From Candidatus Poribacteria bacterium (GTDB taxonomy: Bacteria; Poribacteria; WGA-4E; WGA-3G), in NCBI GenBank assembly GCA_965197475.1, contig CBDANF010000003.1, forward strand, positions 3,616,001 through 3,680,000: a DNA stretch of 64,000 nt, read 5' to 3'. A program made the translations under genes and the position numbers. Positions 10,744-22,138 of this stretch are shown piece by piece. Below the pieces are notes generated by a model. That model was not told where the DNA came from. It saw only the letters and a program-made list of their open reading frames with translations, and did no database searches. The number at the start of each line of letters is the position of its first letter. The first letter of the stretch is position 1.

Positions 10744-12238
10744 CTACACTTCGCTTCTGATAAAAATAAGAACTATCCCCATGAACAAGATAAGGTTACA
10801 TATCAGAAGTAGAAACATATCCGGTAATGCCCGTTTTACATTCGTCAATACATCCCGTCTCTCGAAAGCGAATTCCGGAAGGGTACTCCAATTTACCGCG
10901 CCTTTATCAGCGACAAACCATTGCCGGGACGCGAATGCATCTTTTGCGTAGAAATAATCAATCAAAGTTTTTCGGTAACGTCGTCCTGTCTCAAAAAAAT
11001 CTCTGAGTCCCAGCAAGTCTGTGCCTGCCCATGCTTGCGTTGCATCATCATAAATACCTACGGGTGAGAATTTCAACAATATACTATCAATTGTAGCTTG
11101 TTGAACGAAAATGTCATCAAGTGCCTGCTTCTGGATGCGCCACGCCTTATCTGCGGTGCGGATAGCTAGCGGCTCAACAAAATTATAATATCTCTTCGCG
11201 ATGGGGACGTAATGCTCAAATTCCGGAGGGATTTCTGAAATAAGGCTCATATTTTCGAGGTAAGGGGACAAGGTTACTGGATCGACGGACGCTTCGGTAT
11301 AAAGCCCCAAAACCTCGCTAAGCTGCGATTTCTCCTCGGCGACCCCTTCGTTTTCAAGGAACTTTTGTCGCTTTCTTTCATATTCATCCAAAATCTTTTG
11401 AATTTGATTCTCAGCTGTCTTTGTACGTGCCTGAATATCGCCTCCCGAGTTAACCGTGGCCCGAATTAGGTTCGGATACACAAGTATCAGAAAACCCCAT
11501 ACGAACATGGCGAGCATTAACGCTGTACCTGTTCTACGCGTCACTACGGAAATTAGCAACCCGATGAGGTAAAATATGGATAGGTAAGCAAACGATGTGA
11601 AAACAATTCCCCCGATTCGAAGGAAATCAGCAGACGACAACGGAATAGAACGGATTAACAATAGTAGTGCGAAGAGTAAACTTAGTATCAGCGGCACTAA
11701 CAGACATACCATCGCGCTGACATATTTGGCAAGGAGAATGTCCCCGCGTCGGATAGGTTGTGCCAAAACAAGACGTAAGGTGCCGCGCTCGCGCTCCCCC
11801 CGCAATAGCGTCATAAGCAAATATTAAGCCCATCAAGCTGAGGATTACCTCAAAGATATAGGCAATATCGATCGAAGAAAAAAACGCGATAAATGGGTTG
11901 TCTGTACCATGCTTTTGGGCATCCCATAGGGACGACACAAATCCGTGATAGATGCCAACAAGGTTTCCTAAGCGTTTATCTAATCCGACATTGAAAATAC
12001 TCAAGGGATTCGGAGCGCGGTCAACAAACAGGTACATCGTAGAATAGGTTTTTGCCTTCCATAATTCCTCATAATGTGTTTTGACAGCATCATTGTAACT
12101 CTCCAACCGCTGTTCGTAATCTTGGATGAGCACAGCGGTGTTCGCGACAACAAGCAACAGTGTGATGAGTAACACCGCGGCAAAACGGAAGGTCATCAGA
12201 TTGTCAAGAAGTTCTCGTCGAATGAGTGTTGTTAACAT
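10744..12238 (-). pseudogene. ABC-2 type transporter permease, frameshifted in a G6 run
   Basis: MLTTLIRRELLDNL..YDAIAG / GERERGTLRLVLAQP..KY; one extra G at 11796-11801 splits the two ORFs. Confidence 0.8.
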
Positions 12239-12367
12239 AAAGATATCCGCACACAAGCTCCGTAAAGATCGGCACAGCGTTTGGGTCCATCGGTTTCTGA
12301 GACAATCCTTCTTTTACTGGATAGATATGTAAACTTTCGGGTCGCTCTGATCTTCCGTTCTTACGGA

Positions 12368-13462
12368 CTAATAATCTGCGACCGAACCATCGGTTAAACG
12401 ACTATTGGGCCAGTTAAACCATCTTCCTTGATTACTGACCTCAACAACCTTAGTTTCATCTACTTCAACGCCTAAACCTGGACCTTCAGGTAGTGAAACG
12501 TACCCTTCATCGTCCATCTCCCACGTTTTATGTGCGACTCCAGCCGGAAGCACGTTCTCATAGCCTTCGTGGATCAGGAAAAACGGTACCGAGGCGGATA
12601 GATGAAAACTTGCGGTGAGACCGAGATAGGACATTGTGCAGTGCGGTGCTATGGGCACGTGGTGTGCTTCTGCAAGCGCAGCGACCTTCTTGACTTGGGT
12701 GATGCCACCCCCATGTCCAACATCGGGTTGAAGGATGTCAATTACTTGCGCTTCAAGAATCTCTCGCACTTCCCATATTGTGCGATCACGTTCGCCAGTT
12801 GCTAACGGCACAGGGACGGATTCTCGGACCTTGCGCATAACTTCAATGTTTCCCGGCACCCATGCTTCTTCTAAAAAGAGCAGATCATCAGGTTTGAGAT
12901 GTCCTGCAAATTGTTTGAGGATAGGCGGCGGCAAGCAGCTGTGCGCATCGAACATAACAGCCCCATCAGTGCCGACTTTCTCTCGTGTGTCGTGAACTCT
13001 TTGCACCATATTCGCAATCTCATCGGGCGTGCCAGCGAACGGCTTTGAACCACCCGGTCCCGTTTTAATCGCTTTTGGACTCGGATACTTCCAAATTTTA
13101 TCCCGACAGGGACCACCCAGTAGGCGATAGACGGGCACACCCCACAGTTTTCCAGCAATATCCCACAATGCCATATCAATAGCAGAAATAGTGTGCACCA
13201 TCAATCCACCACCGCGGATATTGCGGTGTGCGCGAAATAGCCGTTGCCAGTGATGTTCAATACGCGTCGGGTTTTCACCGATAATTAGTTTGGACAAAGA
13301 ACGTGCCAATTCACAGGTGACGGTCGTCTCCATATTGTTGATCTCACCCCACCCGGTAACGTCCATGTTGGTTTCAATCTTGATGTATGCTTTCTCACCC
13401 ATCGGGTAAGCTTCAAGGTTTGTCACTCGAATCTGTGATCCTTTATCTTCATAGTCTGCCAT
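12368..13462 (-). CDS. Mandelate racemase/galactonate dehydratase family enolase
   Basis: GWGE, SAIDMALWDIAGK..GVPVYRLLGG, FDAH, LEE, ATGER, QPD. Confidence 0.9.
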   Translation of the reverse strand: MADYEDKGSQIRVTNLEAYPMGEKAYIKIETNMDVTGWGEINNMETTVTCELARSLSKLIIGENPTRIEHHWQRLFRAHRNIRGGGLMVHTISAIDMALWDIAGKLWGVPVYRLLGGPCRDKIWKYPSPKAIKTGPGGSKPFAGTPDEIANMVQRVHDTREKVGTDGAVMFDAHSCLPPPILKQFAGHLKPDDLLFLEEAWVPGNIEVMRKVRESVPVPLATGERDRTIWEVREILEAQVIDILQPDVGHGGGITQVKKVAALAEAHHVPIAPHCTMSYLGLTASFHLSASVPFFLIHEGYENVLPAGVAHKTWEMDDEGYVSLPEGPGLGVEVDETKVVEVSNQGRWFNWPNSRLTDGSVADY

Positions 13463-13642
13463 TACGATAATCTCCCTTCTTTTTGTTATGTTTTAGTTTT
13501 TCATAATTCCTGAAGTTTGTCAAACCTTTTCATACGCACAAAGATGAGGTGGAAATGAAATTTTGTTGACGAAAACAACAGAAATTGATACATTATACTT
13601 ATATGACCGAATGTTGAACCCAAATCAAAGGAAACCAAGATT

Positions 13643-14710
13643 ATGGCAACAGATCAAACATATCGTATCGGAATCATCGGCTGCGGCGGAATGGGCAGGT
13701 CCCATTCCAGATCATGGCAAAAACAACCGAATGCTGAGATCGTGGCAGCGATGGATATCTACGAAGAATCCGTAAAACGTGTCGCGGATGAATTTGATGT
13801 ACCGGCTATCTACACCGATGTTGATGAGATGTTAGCAAAAGAGGATTTGGACATCGTCAGTATCACGACGTGGCAGGGACCGCGTGCTGAAGCTACGGTT
13901 GCTGCAGCGAACGCTGGCGTAAAAGGTATCATCGGTGAAAAACCGATGTCCGTTTCACTTGGGCAGGCAGATGATATGCTTGCCGCATGTGAACAGAACA
14001 ATGTCAAACTTGTCATCGGCCACCAGGGCAGGTACAGTCCTGTGAATACAGAAATTCGCAGACTTGTCGCGACAGGTGCAATTGGCAAACCGACAACGCT
14101 TCATCATCGCGCGAAATCGAACGCGGGTCTACTTAATACGGGCACTCACGCCATTGATGGTTGGCGTTACCTATTGTCCGATCCAGAGACGTTGTGGGTT
14201 ATCGGGCAAACAGCGCGTACTACTGACCGATGGGAACGCCGCACGATCTGTGAAGACCTCTGTATGGGATTAGTTTGCTTTGAAGGGGGCGCACGCGCTA
14301 TCTACGAAGGCGATCTACCCGATCCATCTGTGTCTATGCCAAGAATTTCTGGCACAGAGGGGCTAATTCGCAACGGCGATAACGGAACAGTCCTGCTCCA
14401 AAACGGAGATGCCAAAGGTTGGCAGACAATTACGCCTCCATCGCAACCCAAAAATCAGTTCCAAGAACTAATTGAGTGGATAGAGGGCAAAATACCGACC
14501 CACCGCGGCAGAGGAGAACAAGCTCGATACACAATTGAAATTATGATGGCAATTTATGAATCTTTACGCATTAAGAATGTCGTCAACATGCCGCTTGAAA
14601 CCAAAGAATTGCCGCTTGAATTGATGGTTAATGATGGCACGCTCCCTGTTCTTGAGGAGGGACGTTACGATCTACGTACACCGTTTGAAGGACAAACCCG
14701 AAAAAAATAA
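13643..14710 (+). CDS. Gfo/Idh/MocA family oxidoreductase
   Basis: IGIIGCGGMG, EKP, GTHAID. Confidence 0.9.
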   Translation: MATDQTYRIGIIGCGGMGRSHSRSWQKQPNAEIVAAMDIYEESVKRVADEFDVPAIYTDVDEMLAKEDLDIVSITTWQGPRAEATVAAANAGVKGIIGEKPMSVSLGQADDMLAACEQNNVKLVIGHQGRYSPVNTEIRRLVATGAIGKPTTLHHRAKSNAGLLNTGTHAIDGWRYLLSDPETLWVIGQTARTTDRWERRTICEDLCMGLVCFEGGARAIYEGDLPDPSVSMPRISGTEGLIRNGDNGTVLLQNGDAKGWQTITPPSQPKNQFQELIEWIEGKIPTHRGRGEQARYTIEIMMAIYESLRIKNVVNMPLETKELPLELMVNDGTLPVLEEGRYDLRTPFEGQTRKK

Positions 14711-14731
14711 CTCGCCTCTTTCTTGCAGAAG

Positions 14732-14769
14732 TGTTTTGAAACCCCGGTTGTAGACGGGGTTTCAAAACA
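14732..14769. terminator. Strong hairpin (terminator or repeat)
   Basis: TGTTTTGAAACCCCG...CGGGGTTTCAAAACA 15-bp stem just after the stop codon. Confidence 0.55.
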
Positions 14770-14953
14770 TGCAGTGCAGTAATTTTATCTTCGCGTTATA
14801 CTACCACATCCTAAACATGAGGTTTCCGTAAAACAGTAGTACTTTTTTGTAAATCATCCTAATTAAAATTTTTTCATACTATGCACCCTTTCCGACCTAA
14901 TACTGTGTCTTTAATTATGAAAGGTATAATATACCACTTTTTAGGAGGAATTC

Positions 14954-15462
14954 ATGTCAACCTTTTGGCATGAGCTCTGTTTAGTATGAAAACCAGATTT
15001 TACCGCAAAAAACGCCGATTTGGCAGTTGTGGCCGCATTGGGAGGATTTATCGTGATGCCGATGTTTCCACTCTTTTTTGAGGAACACGGGATCCGCCTC
15101 AGTATTGTCACACTTGTCATCACACTTTGGGATTCTTGTCCCTAAAAGAACTTGACACACAAGAGGAGCCACAACGTGTTGAGGAAACCTCGTCTGTTTT
15201 TCACAAACCAAAACGCAAGAAAAACAAGCGGAAACTTATCACTGCAGCGATTCTCGTTTTGATAAGTGGGGTTCTTCTGTTCGGTGCAATCAAAATTATT
15301 GATGCCACGCAGACAGACACAACCTCCTGCCCTGAATGGACACGGAAAGACTGTATTAAGGAGGAACAGCAACCGCCTTGTCCAGAACAGAAATTGCCTT
15401 GCCCGCTGAATACAGCAGAGCAAGGTGAACAACCGTCCAAGAAGGAGAAAACTCATGAATAG
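14954..15462 (+). CDS. Cassette gene A: small membrane protein (basic patch, TM, Cys/Pro tail); 5' part frameshifted
   Basis: KRKLITAAILVLISGVLLFGAIK homologous to the 54105 and 56016 ORFs; AGGAGG-ATG at 14954 with hydrophobic segments in shifted frames before 15127. Confidence 0.65.
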
Positions 15463-16462
15463 GAATATGGTCCGAGGAAGTATTGTCCTCATCGTTTTAA
15501 TCGGTATCGCAATCGTGTTCTTGTTGATAGACAAAGACACCGAAACGATAACAGTCTATAACCCACCATCAGAAGAAGTCTTCCAAAAAAAGATACGGGA
15601 TGATTTGGCAGCAAAAGACGTGGTCAAACCACCTCCCCCTGGCGAAACGGAGGATAGCGGGTATTGGCACGGCGACCACTGGCATGAAACTTCGCCCGGT
15701 AAACCAGAGACGGAGGATACGCCAGGTGAAGCTGTGAAATCTTCCGTTAATGTACCCTACCCTCGCGGACAAACATCCTCAAACCCACTTTTGGCAGATG
15801 GCGTTCCCGAACACCTCAAATGTCCCCCTAAGTGGATTGGTGTTCAAGGTGACGACCTCTCTGAGGTGGAAAAAGAGGAGGTAAGAACCATATTCCGTGA
15901 AATAATAGAAAAATATAATCCCAAGCGACCTCTCGCCGATATCTGGTCGGCATTTATTGAAGCAGAAAAGTTCTATTATGCAAATAATGTTATTAGTACC
16001 CACACCAAAGGCAGCGACGGTCTTATTCCCATTGATTACACCCCTATCGGTCCGGCAACAGAGCGAGTGGACTGGATGCTGCAACATGCCCTTGATTATC
16101 CTGAGATAGTAGAACTTAGTTTCAAAAAGGACTACTTGTTTGATGATGTGCGGCTCGTGGAGATTGGTAGAGAACATCCAGATTGGAACAAGATTACGCT
16201 CCCAGACAGACGCACGTTCCGCGAAAAATCAGGCTACTACTATGAGTTCACATACTACGAAGGCAAGGGGCACCCAGACCCTAATGATCCGCATATCCAC
16301 GGATATAACGGGACGCTGCGGACAATTCGGACTGGGCATTCTGGTAAAGATGCAACCCTCGTCAAGATCCACCTAAACGATACTTCCGATGAAGAACTTG
16401 AAGCGTTGAGTGGGTGGGATTTTAACATTAACCCTTATACACAGGAGGCAATTCGAAAATGA
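15455..16462 (+). CDS. Cassette gene B: N-anchored membrane protein with KPPPPGETEDSGYWHGDHWH motif
   Basis: AAGGAG RBS, N-terminal TM, motif shared with the 52541 and 54518 ORFs; overlaps both neighbours. Confidence 0.8.
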   Translation: MNRNMVRGSIVLIVLIGIAIVFLLIDKDTETITVYNPPSEEVFQKKIRDDLAAKDVVKPPPPGETEDSGYWHGDHWHETSPGKPETEDTPGEAVKSSVNVPYPRGQTSSNPLLADGVPEHLKCPPKWIGVQGDDLSEVEKEEVRTIFREIIEKYNPKRPLADIWSAFIEAEKFYYANNVISTHTKGSDGLIPIDYTPIGPATERVDWMLQHALDYPEIVELSFKKDYLFDDVRLVEIGREHPDWNKITLPDRRTFREKSGYYYEFTYYEGKGHPDPNDPHIHGYNGTLRTIRTGHSGKDATLVKIHLNDTSDEELEALSGWDFNINPYTQEAIRK

Positions 16463-16690
16463 AAAAACTTTTTATATTTCTATTAGCAGCCTTTATGCTA
16501 ATGGTTCCGACACTTCACATACAAGCACAACAACAGAAAGTCATATTACACAGTTGGAGTGAACCGGAACCCGACAAAGCTGTTCATCCTTTAGATGATA
16601 ATAATGACGATGCTGATAAACCTTTTGCAATTCAGAGCATCAAATATGCGGAACGTGGTTATTGTTCCGGTTGCGAAGTTTACTATCTTA

Positions 16691-17597
16691 TAGTAAATCC
16701 CGTAATTACTTATACACTTTTATAATATCATCAATAGAAGTCTGAGCATTGTATTGACGTATCCGCTTGATGTTGGCGAAATCCTTCTCAATCGGATTCA
16801 ACTCCGGTGAATACGGTGGTAAAAACAACAAACTCGCACCGCAATCCCGGATCAATGCCGCCGTCTGTGAACCTTTGTGGAAAGACGCATTATCCATAAT
16901 CACAACATGGCTATCGTCAAGCAATGGACACAACATTTCCGAAAGCCAACTGTTGAAGGCGATCACATCGCAACTGCCCTTGAAAAGCACAGGTGCTGTG
17001 AAACATCCATCAAGCCGTGCCGCAATCAGCGTCGTGGTGGTATACCGATGGCTTGGCACTTTATCTTCAACACGGACACCTTTCGGGGCATAAGCATACC
17101 GACGGAAAGTGGTTTCAGTGAAACCACTTTCGTCAAGATAAACCGGTTTTTTGCCATGCTCGTGTGTCTCTTGTTGAAGTGCCGAAAGATACTCTTGGCG
17201 TTTTATCGGACACTGTTCTTTGTAGGTCGTTGTCTTTTTTTCGCGTAATATTGAGTTTTGAGAAGGCATAAAAGATGCCGTTTGTTGAAACACCGAAGTG
17301 TTTGGCACGTTCGGCGAGTGTGGAATCTGGGAAATCGGCAACATGTTGCTGAAGTGCGTCATAATCAATATCTCGGGGACCTTTGGGTCCCGGTTTTTCA
17401 CAGGCGAAGGGGTCTTCTGCTTCCAACCAGTTATAGATCGTTCTTCTTGAGACACGAAAAGTGCGTTCTGCGGCGGCTTTACTGCCACCATTATTGATGA
17501 AATCAAGCACGCGTTTGCGTCCATCTGTTGAATATGCCATAATCATAAAGGCTAACATAAATCACAGAAAATGTAAACTTATTTTCAGGATCTACTA
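16691..17597 (-). mobile_element. IS630 family insertion sequence
   Basis: Imperfect TIRs TAGTAAATCC/TAGTAGATCC, TA duplication, HTH ORF + DDE ORF (YLDESG, MDNASFH, LPPYSPELNPIE) joined at an A7G slippery site ~17234-17241. Confidence 0.92.
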
Positions 17598-18237
17598 TAA
17601 TAGCACGGCAACAGTAAGCATATCTGCAGTCCCCATGACTAACATTGAAGGTAGAAATGTGAACTATGATGCGGAAGGTTGGGCTTGGCTTACAGGGGAC
17701 GGTGCTGTTCTTGATGCTCCCTCTGGTGATGGCATAAACAGAGAAAATGAAGAATCGTCACCGGATGGCCCCTATAAGTATGATAAGTTAAAAAGAACCA
17801 AGAATACTGACAATAATAGGTCAACGACAACAGCAAAAACTGTGTTCAAAAGACATGCTGTCTTTTTAGGTAGTGCTTTCTTGGAAGACGAGAGGCAGCG
17901 TAATTTTGACCTCTATGAAACGGCTGGTAAGAATGGTACTCATCCTATCTCCCCAACTTCCCTAAATGCGAATCCATGGGCGAAAGGGAGACTTGACACA
18001 GATTCCAACAGTTCTCTAAATTCTACCATACGGGTAATGAGGAGTGAGACACCTAGCTGCAGTAGTTCAGGAGCAAATCATACATGTAGGAAAGACACCA
18101 CTCAAGCCAATTCAGGTAATGATAACAGTGAATTTGTCGATAATACTAGCAACTGCACTTACTGTTCAAATGGATGCTTCCTTTGTACTATAACTGGACC
18201 CTGCGGACATACCTACTCGGATGTGACAGCATCACAG

Positions 18238-18684
18238 CACACACTCCAAGCTAGTTGCTCCGAAACAGATGAAAACGGGAATACTTGCACGGTGACAAAC
18301 TTCTATGCTTGTGAATCGCACACGCATCAATACACCTCGCTTATCACGGGTGCTTGTGGGGTGCATACCGGCATCGCCTCAAGTGATGCAAGCAACCACG
18401 CTTATACAGTGGGTGGCTGTACGCATTCCTACTATATGTGTCAAGCAAGCGGCCATGAATGGGGCACCGCGCCGTGTGGTGATGCAACACACGTAGGGTA
18501 TTTGTGTCAAATCGCTGCCTCTGATCACGAGTGGGTATATGAGATTTGTCCATCCATGCATGCACATTATGAATGTGATGGCGCAGATCATTCATTACAA
18601 GCGAGTTGTTCAGAAACGAATGTGAACGGCGATAGTTGTACGGTCACTAACTTCTATGCGTGTCAGTCGCACACGCACCAATAC
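18238..18684 (+). repeat. Two copies of a 32-aa Cys/His repeat
   Basis: HTLQASCSETDENGNTCTVTNFYACESHTHQY (18238-18333) vs HSLQASCSETNVNGDSCTVTNFYACQSHTHQY (18589-18684), 26/32 identical. Confidence 0.9.
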
Positions 18685-19116
18685 CTTATAACTTGTGGGA
18701 ACACCAGAACCGGTCCTGAGACTTGTGATGGCGGTTCGGTGACAAGCAGCACACAACATCGAGCAACCTGCACACACGGACACTCTTACTGGAACTGCAA
18801 CCCCTGGCATCGCCACTACCACAAAGAGCGAACCTGCACTGCCTGCAATGTGCGTTACTATCGATGTCTGCGAGAGTCTTGTATTGCTGGCGGACTACAT
18901 AAATGGTAGGGATTCTCCGCTAAATCTCTCATCAACCTCTATTAAAAAACTGGCAGGTCCCCTTTAGCGGTGTCTGTCTTTCTTTTCGTCAAAACCTCCA
19001 CTGCGCTGACATAAAATCATATCCCCAACACACGTGATTTATGAATCCCTTTCTTTAATAATTAGAACTGTGGTATAATTGTTACCAACGGACAATATTG
19101 AATTGGAGGCTATGGA

Positions 19117-20289
19117 TTGTTAAAAGTATCAAAGTTTGGTGGGAGTTCCCTCGCAACGGGCGAGCAGGTTCACCGAGTTTGTGACATCATCACAACCGAC
19201 TCCACATGGCGGTTAATTGTCGTATCAGCACCCGGAAACGCCACAGTCAAGACATAAAAGTAACCGACCTGCTGATTGCAGCCGCATCGGAAAGACTAAT
19301 GGGAAAAATCGGTGCATCGGAATGTGCTGAGGCAATTGAACGTTACAGGAATATCGCTTCTGAATTGGAACTCCCCGCCGAGGTTATTGAACCTATCGCA
19401 AAAGACTTGACTCAACGTTTAGAAAACAGCACAACCGATGCTGATCTCTATATGGATACAAGAAGGCAGGCGGAGAGGATAATTGTGCCTGTCTAATTGC
19501 GCAGGTGTTGCAAGCACGCGGCGTAGAAGCACACTACGTGAATCCGAAGGACGCTGGCTTACTACTGTCCGACGAACCGGGCAGTGCGCAAGTTCTTCCT
19601 GAGGCATATAACCGCCTGTGAAGTCTAAGCGAACGTTCCGGTATCACGATCTTCCCAGGCTTTTTCGGATATTCAAAAGAAGGCAATATTGTAACCTTTT
19701 CTCGTGGGGGATCAGATATTACCGGTGCTATTCTCGCTAGTGCTGTTCGGGCAGAAGTCTATGAGAACTTCACAGATGTTGACTCAGTGTTCGCTGCAAA
19801 TCCTTCTATTGTGCCGAATCCTGCCCCGATTGCGGAACTAACCTACCGTGAGATGCGCGAACTTTCTTACGCCGGTTTTTCAGTATTTCACGATGAGGCA
19901 CTTGAACCTGTGTATCGCGCAATGGTGCCTGTCCACATCCGAAATACGCACAATCCAAAATCTGCTGGCACATTGATTGTTCCGCACTGCAACTCAAGGA
20001 AAATCCCTGTTGTGGGTATTGCCGCGATGAGCAATGTCTGTTGTGTCTACCTTAGCAAGTATCTGATGAACCGACAGATAGGGTTGTCGGTGAAGGTATG
20101 CGGCACACTGTCGGTATAGCCTCACGAGCAACAAGTGCATTAGCAAGTGCGAAAGTAAATATAGAAATTATCAACCAAGGTTCAAATGAGGTTAGCATGA
20201 TGTTTGGCGTAAAATCAACAGATATGGACATTGCAGTTCAAGCACTCTATGAGGAATTTTTCAATGGTAATAACAGCTCAACCGAATGA
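19117..20289 (+). pseudogene. lysC: Aspartate kinase pseudogene
   Basis: KVSKFGGSS, VVSAPG, FSRGGSDITG, TYREMRELSYAGFSVFH, VGEGMR..EIINQGS; several frameshifts, an in-frame TGA at ~19619 and an ACT-region deletion. Confidence 0.85.
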
Positions 20290-20604
20290 ATTATCTGCTG
20301 GCAAACTCACAGAAACGCATATCAAACAAGCAGTTGAAGCGATTAGCGTTGATGGGTATGTTGTCATAGAGAACATTATTAACGATGAGCATCTGGATAT
20401 ATTACGAGAACGGATGGATGCCGATTCGCAAATCCTGATTAAAGCGAAAAAATGGGGTGGTGCAGGGATGCTCAAAGGGCATCTCCAGCAGGGACCGCCT
20501 CCGTTTGCTCCATATATCTTTAGTGACATCGTTGCGAACCCTTACGTCGTTCAGGTGACGAAGGAACTGCTCGGTCCAGGCGTTTACAATAATTTTTATA
20601 ACGG
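20264..20604 (+). pseudogene. PhyH family dioxygenase, truncated by IS
   Basis: AVEAISVDGYVVIEN..HLQQGPPP..ANP..ELLG, similar to the 8601 ORF N-terminus; cut at the IS982 left end. Confidence 0.75.
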
Positions 20605-21614
20605 TAACGTGAGTTTGATAATTAAAAACTGGTAAATAGAGAACCCCTTTGTTATTATGAAGTATATCAAATACGGACAAAGGAGTTCTCTGATGGATAT
20701 CATAACACTTTTCTGTGAAATTGACGACTTTTTTCTTGCGTCCGAACAATATCAAGCACAACACCAGTTACCGGAAATCCCCGGAACAAGCAATACCCGT
20801 GGCAGACTTCGGTGTCTTCATCCGAGCGAAGTCATGACGATACTTGTGCATTTTCATCAGAAGCAGTATAAAAATCTTAAAGCCTATTATCAGGATTATG
20901 TTTGCTGCCAGTTGCGTTGGGCGTTTCCAAAACTTGTCAGCTATAGTCGTTTTGTGCAGCTCTCACAAGAGGTATTGGTTCCGTTGTCTATTTTTCTGAA
21001 CACCCGTTTCGGTGAATGTCGTGGGATTTCCTTCATAGACTCAACACCCCTTCCGGTCTGCCACAATCGTCGGATTTCAACGCATCGCGTCTTCGCTGAG
21101 TGTGCGGGTCGTGCTAAAACTTCTATGGGATGGTTCTATGGGTTCAAACTACATGTCGTCATCAACGACCAAGGTGAACTGTTGTCCGCTATGGTGGCAC
21201 GGGAAACGTAGATGACAGGCAACCCGTGCTACAGTTGTGTCGTGGGCTCTTTGGCAAACTATTTGCCGATAAAGGATATATCGCCAAAAATCTGCGGGAG
21301 AGACTCCAAGAAGAAGGCGTGTCCCTCATTTACAAAGTGCGTCCGAATATGAAACCTGAACCTTTGTCTGATGCAGCACTCTTGAAGAAACGGATGCTCG
21401 TTGAGTCCGTAAATAAAGAACTCAAAAGTCAGACAGAGGGACAACACACACGACATAGAAGTCCTGTTAACTTTCAAGTGAACACAGTTGCTGCCTTGAT
21501 CGCTTATACCTGTCTGAAGAAGAAACCTTCACTCAAACATAAAGAACTTCAGGAAAAAGACTGTCAGTTGCCAATGATATGTAACTTCTAAAAATATTTA
21601 TCAAACTCACGTTA
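20605..21614 (+). mobile_element. IS982 family insertion sequence, frameshifted transposase
   Basis: Inverted repeats TAACGTGAGTTTGATAA / TTATCAAACTCACGTTA; LFCEIDDF, FIDSTPL.VC, GWFYGFKLH, ADKGY, HTRHRS; 1-nt shift at ~21200. Confidence 0.9.
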
Positions 21615-21736
21615 GAAAAGGTAGAATACGCGTGTGGTATTCTGCATGATATTGAACTTAAAAAGTCGTCATTTCGGTATTTTAACCCTAAATCCCCTTA
21701 TCAAGGGGACTTTTGTTTGAACCTATTGCGTAAGTC

Positions 21737-21962
21737 CAGGGCTATTTAGTTTTAAGAATTATCAGTTAATGAGTGTTACTGGTAGTTTATTTCGCAGGTC
21801 GGATAGAGCGGTAGCGAAACCCGACAGGACCTAAACGTGTCCAAATCAACGCCAAATGCGCGTATGGCATTTGGCGGGTTTCGCAAGCTCTACCCGACCT
21901 AAAGGTGGTTTATATAGAAATGTGAAAAATATAGCAGAAAAACCGAAAACTAAATAACCCTG
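21737..21962. mobile_element. MITE with CAGGG-type terminal inverted repeats
   Basis: CAGGGCTATTTAGTTTT ... AAAACTAAATAACCCTG, internal REP-like hairpins; solo ends at ~10252 and ~37405. Confidence 0.7.
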
Positions 21963-22138
21963 CCGTATGTAACAATATCTTGACTTTTAATATCAGATGT
22001 GTTAAAGTACATCTGTTTGAATGGAATACCCTCAAACCCCATGCAATGCGACTGACCAAGACTTACGTAAATCCGGCAGCTCCAATAAAAGTAGTTCTAC
22101 TGGTGAAACTAAACATTACATGAGACAAAAAGGAAATT

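Larger units (their letters stand above)
16459..18909 (+). pseudogene. Cassette gene C: secreted Cys/His-rich repeat protein interrupted by IS630
   Basis: Signal peptide MKKLFIFLLAAF; removing 16691-17599 rejoins ..EVYYL-NSTATVS.. in frame (513 aa). Confidence 0.85.

Noticed and set aside
17461-17599. Start of the 482-aa ORF in the track
   Set aside because: Lies inside the IS630 antisense strand; the true 5' end is at 16459
18050-18909. Multiheme cytochrome c
   Set aside because: Cys/His-rich but lacks repeated CxxCH motifs
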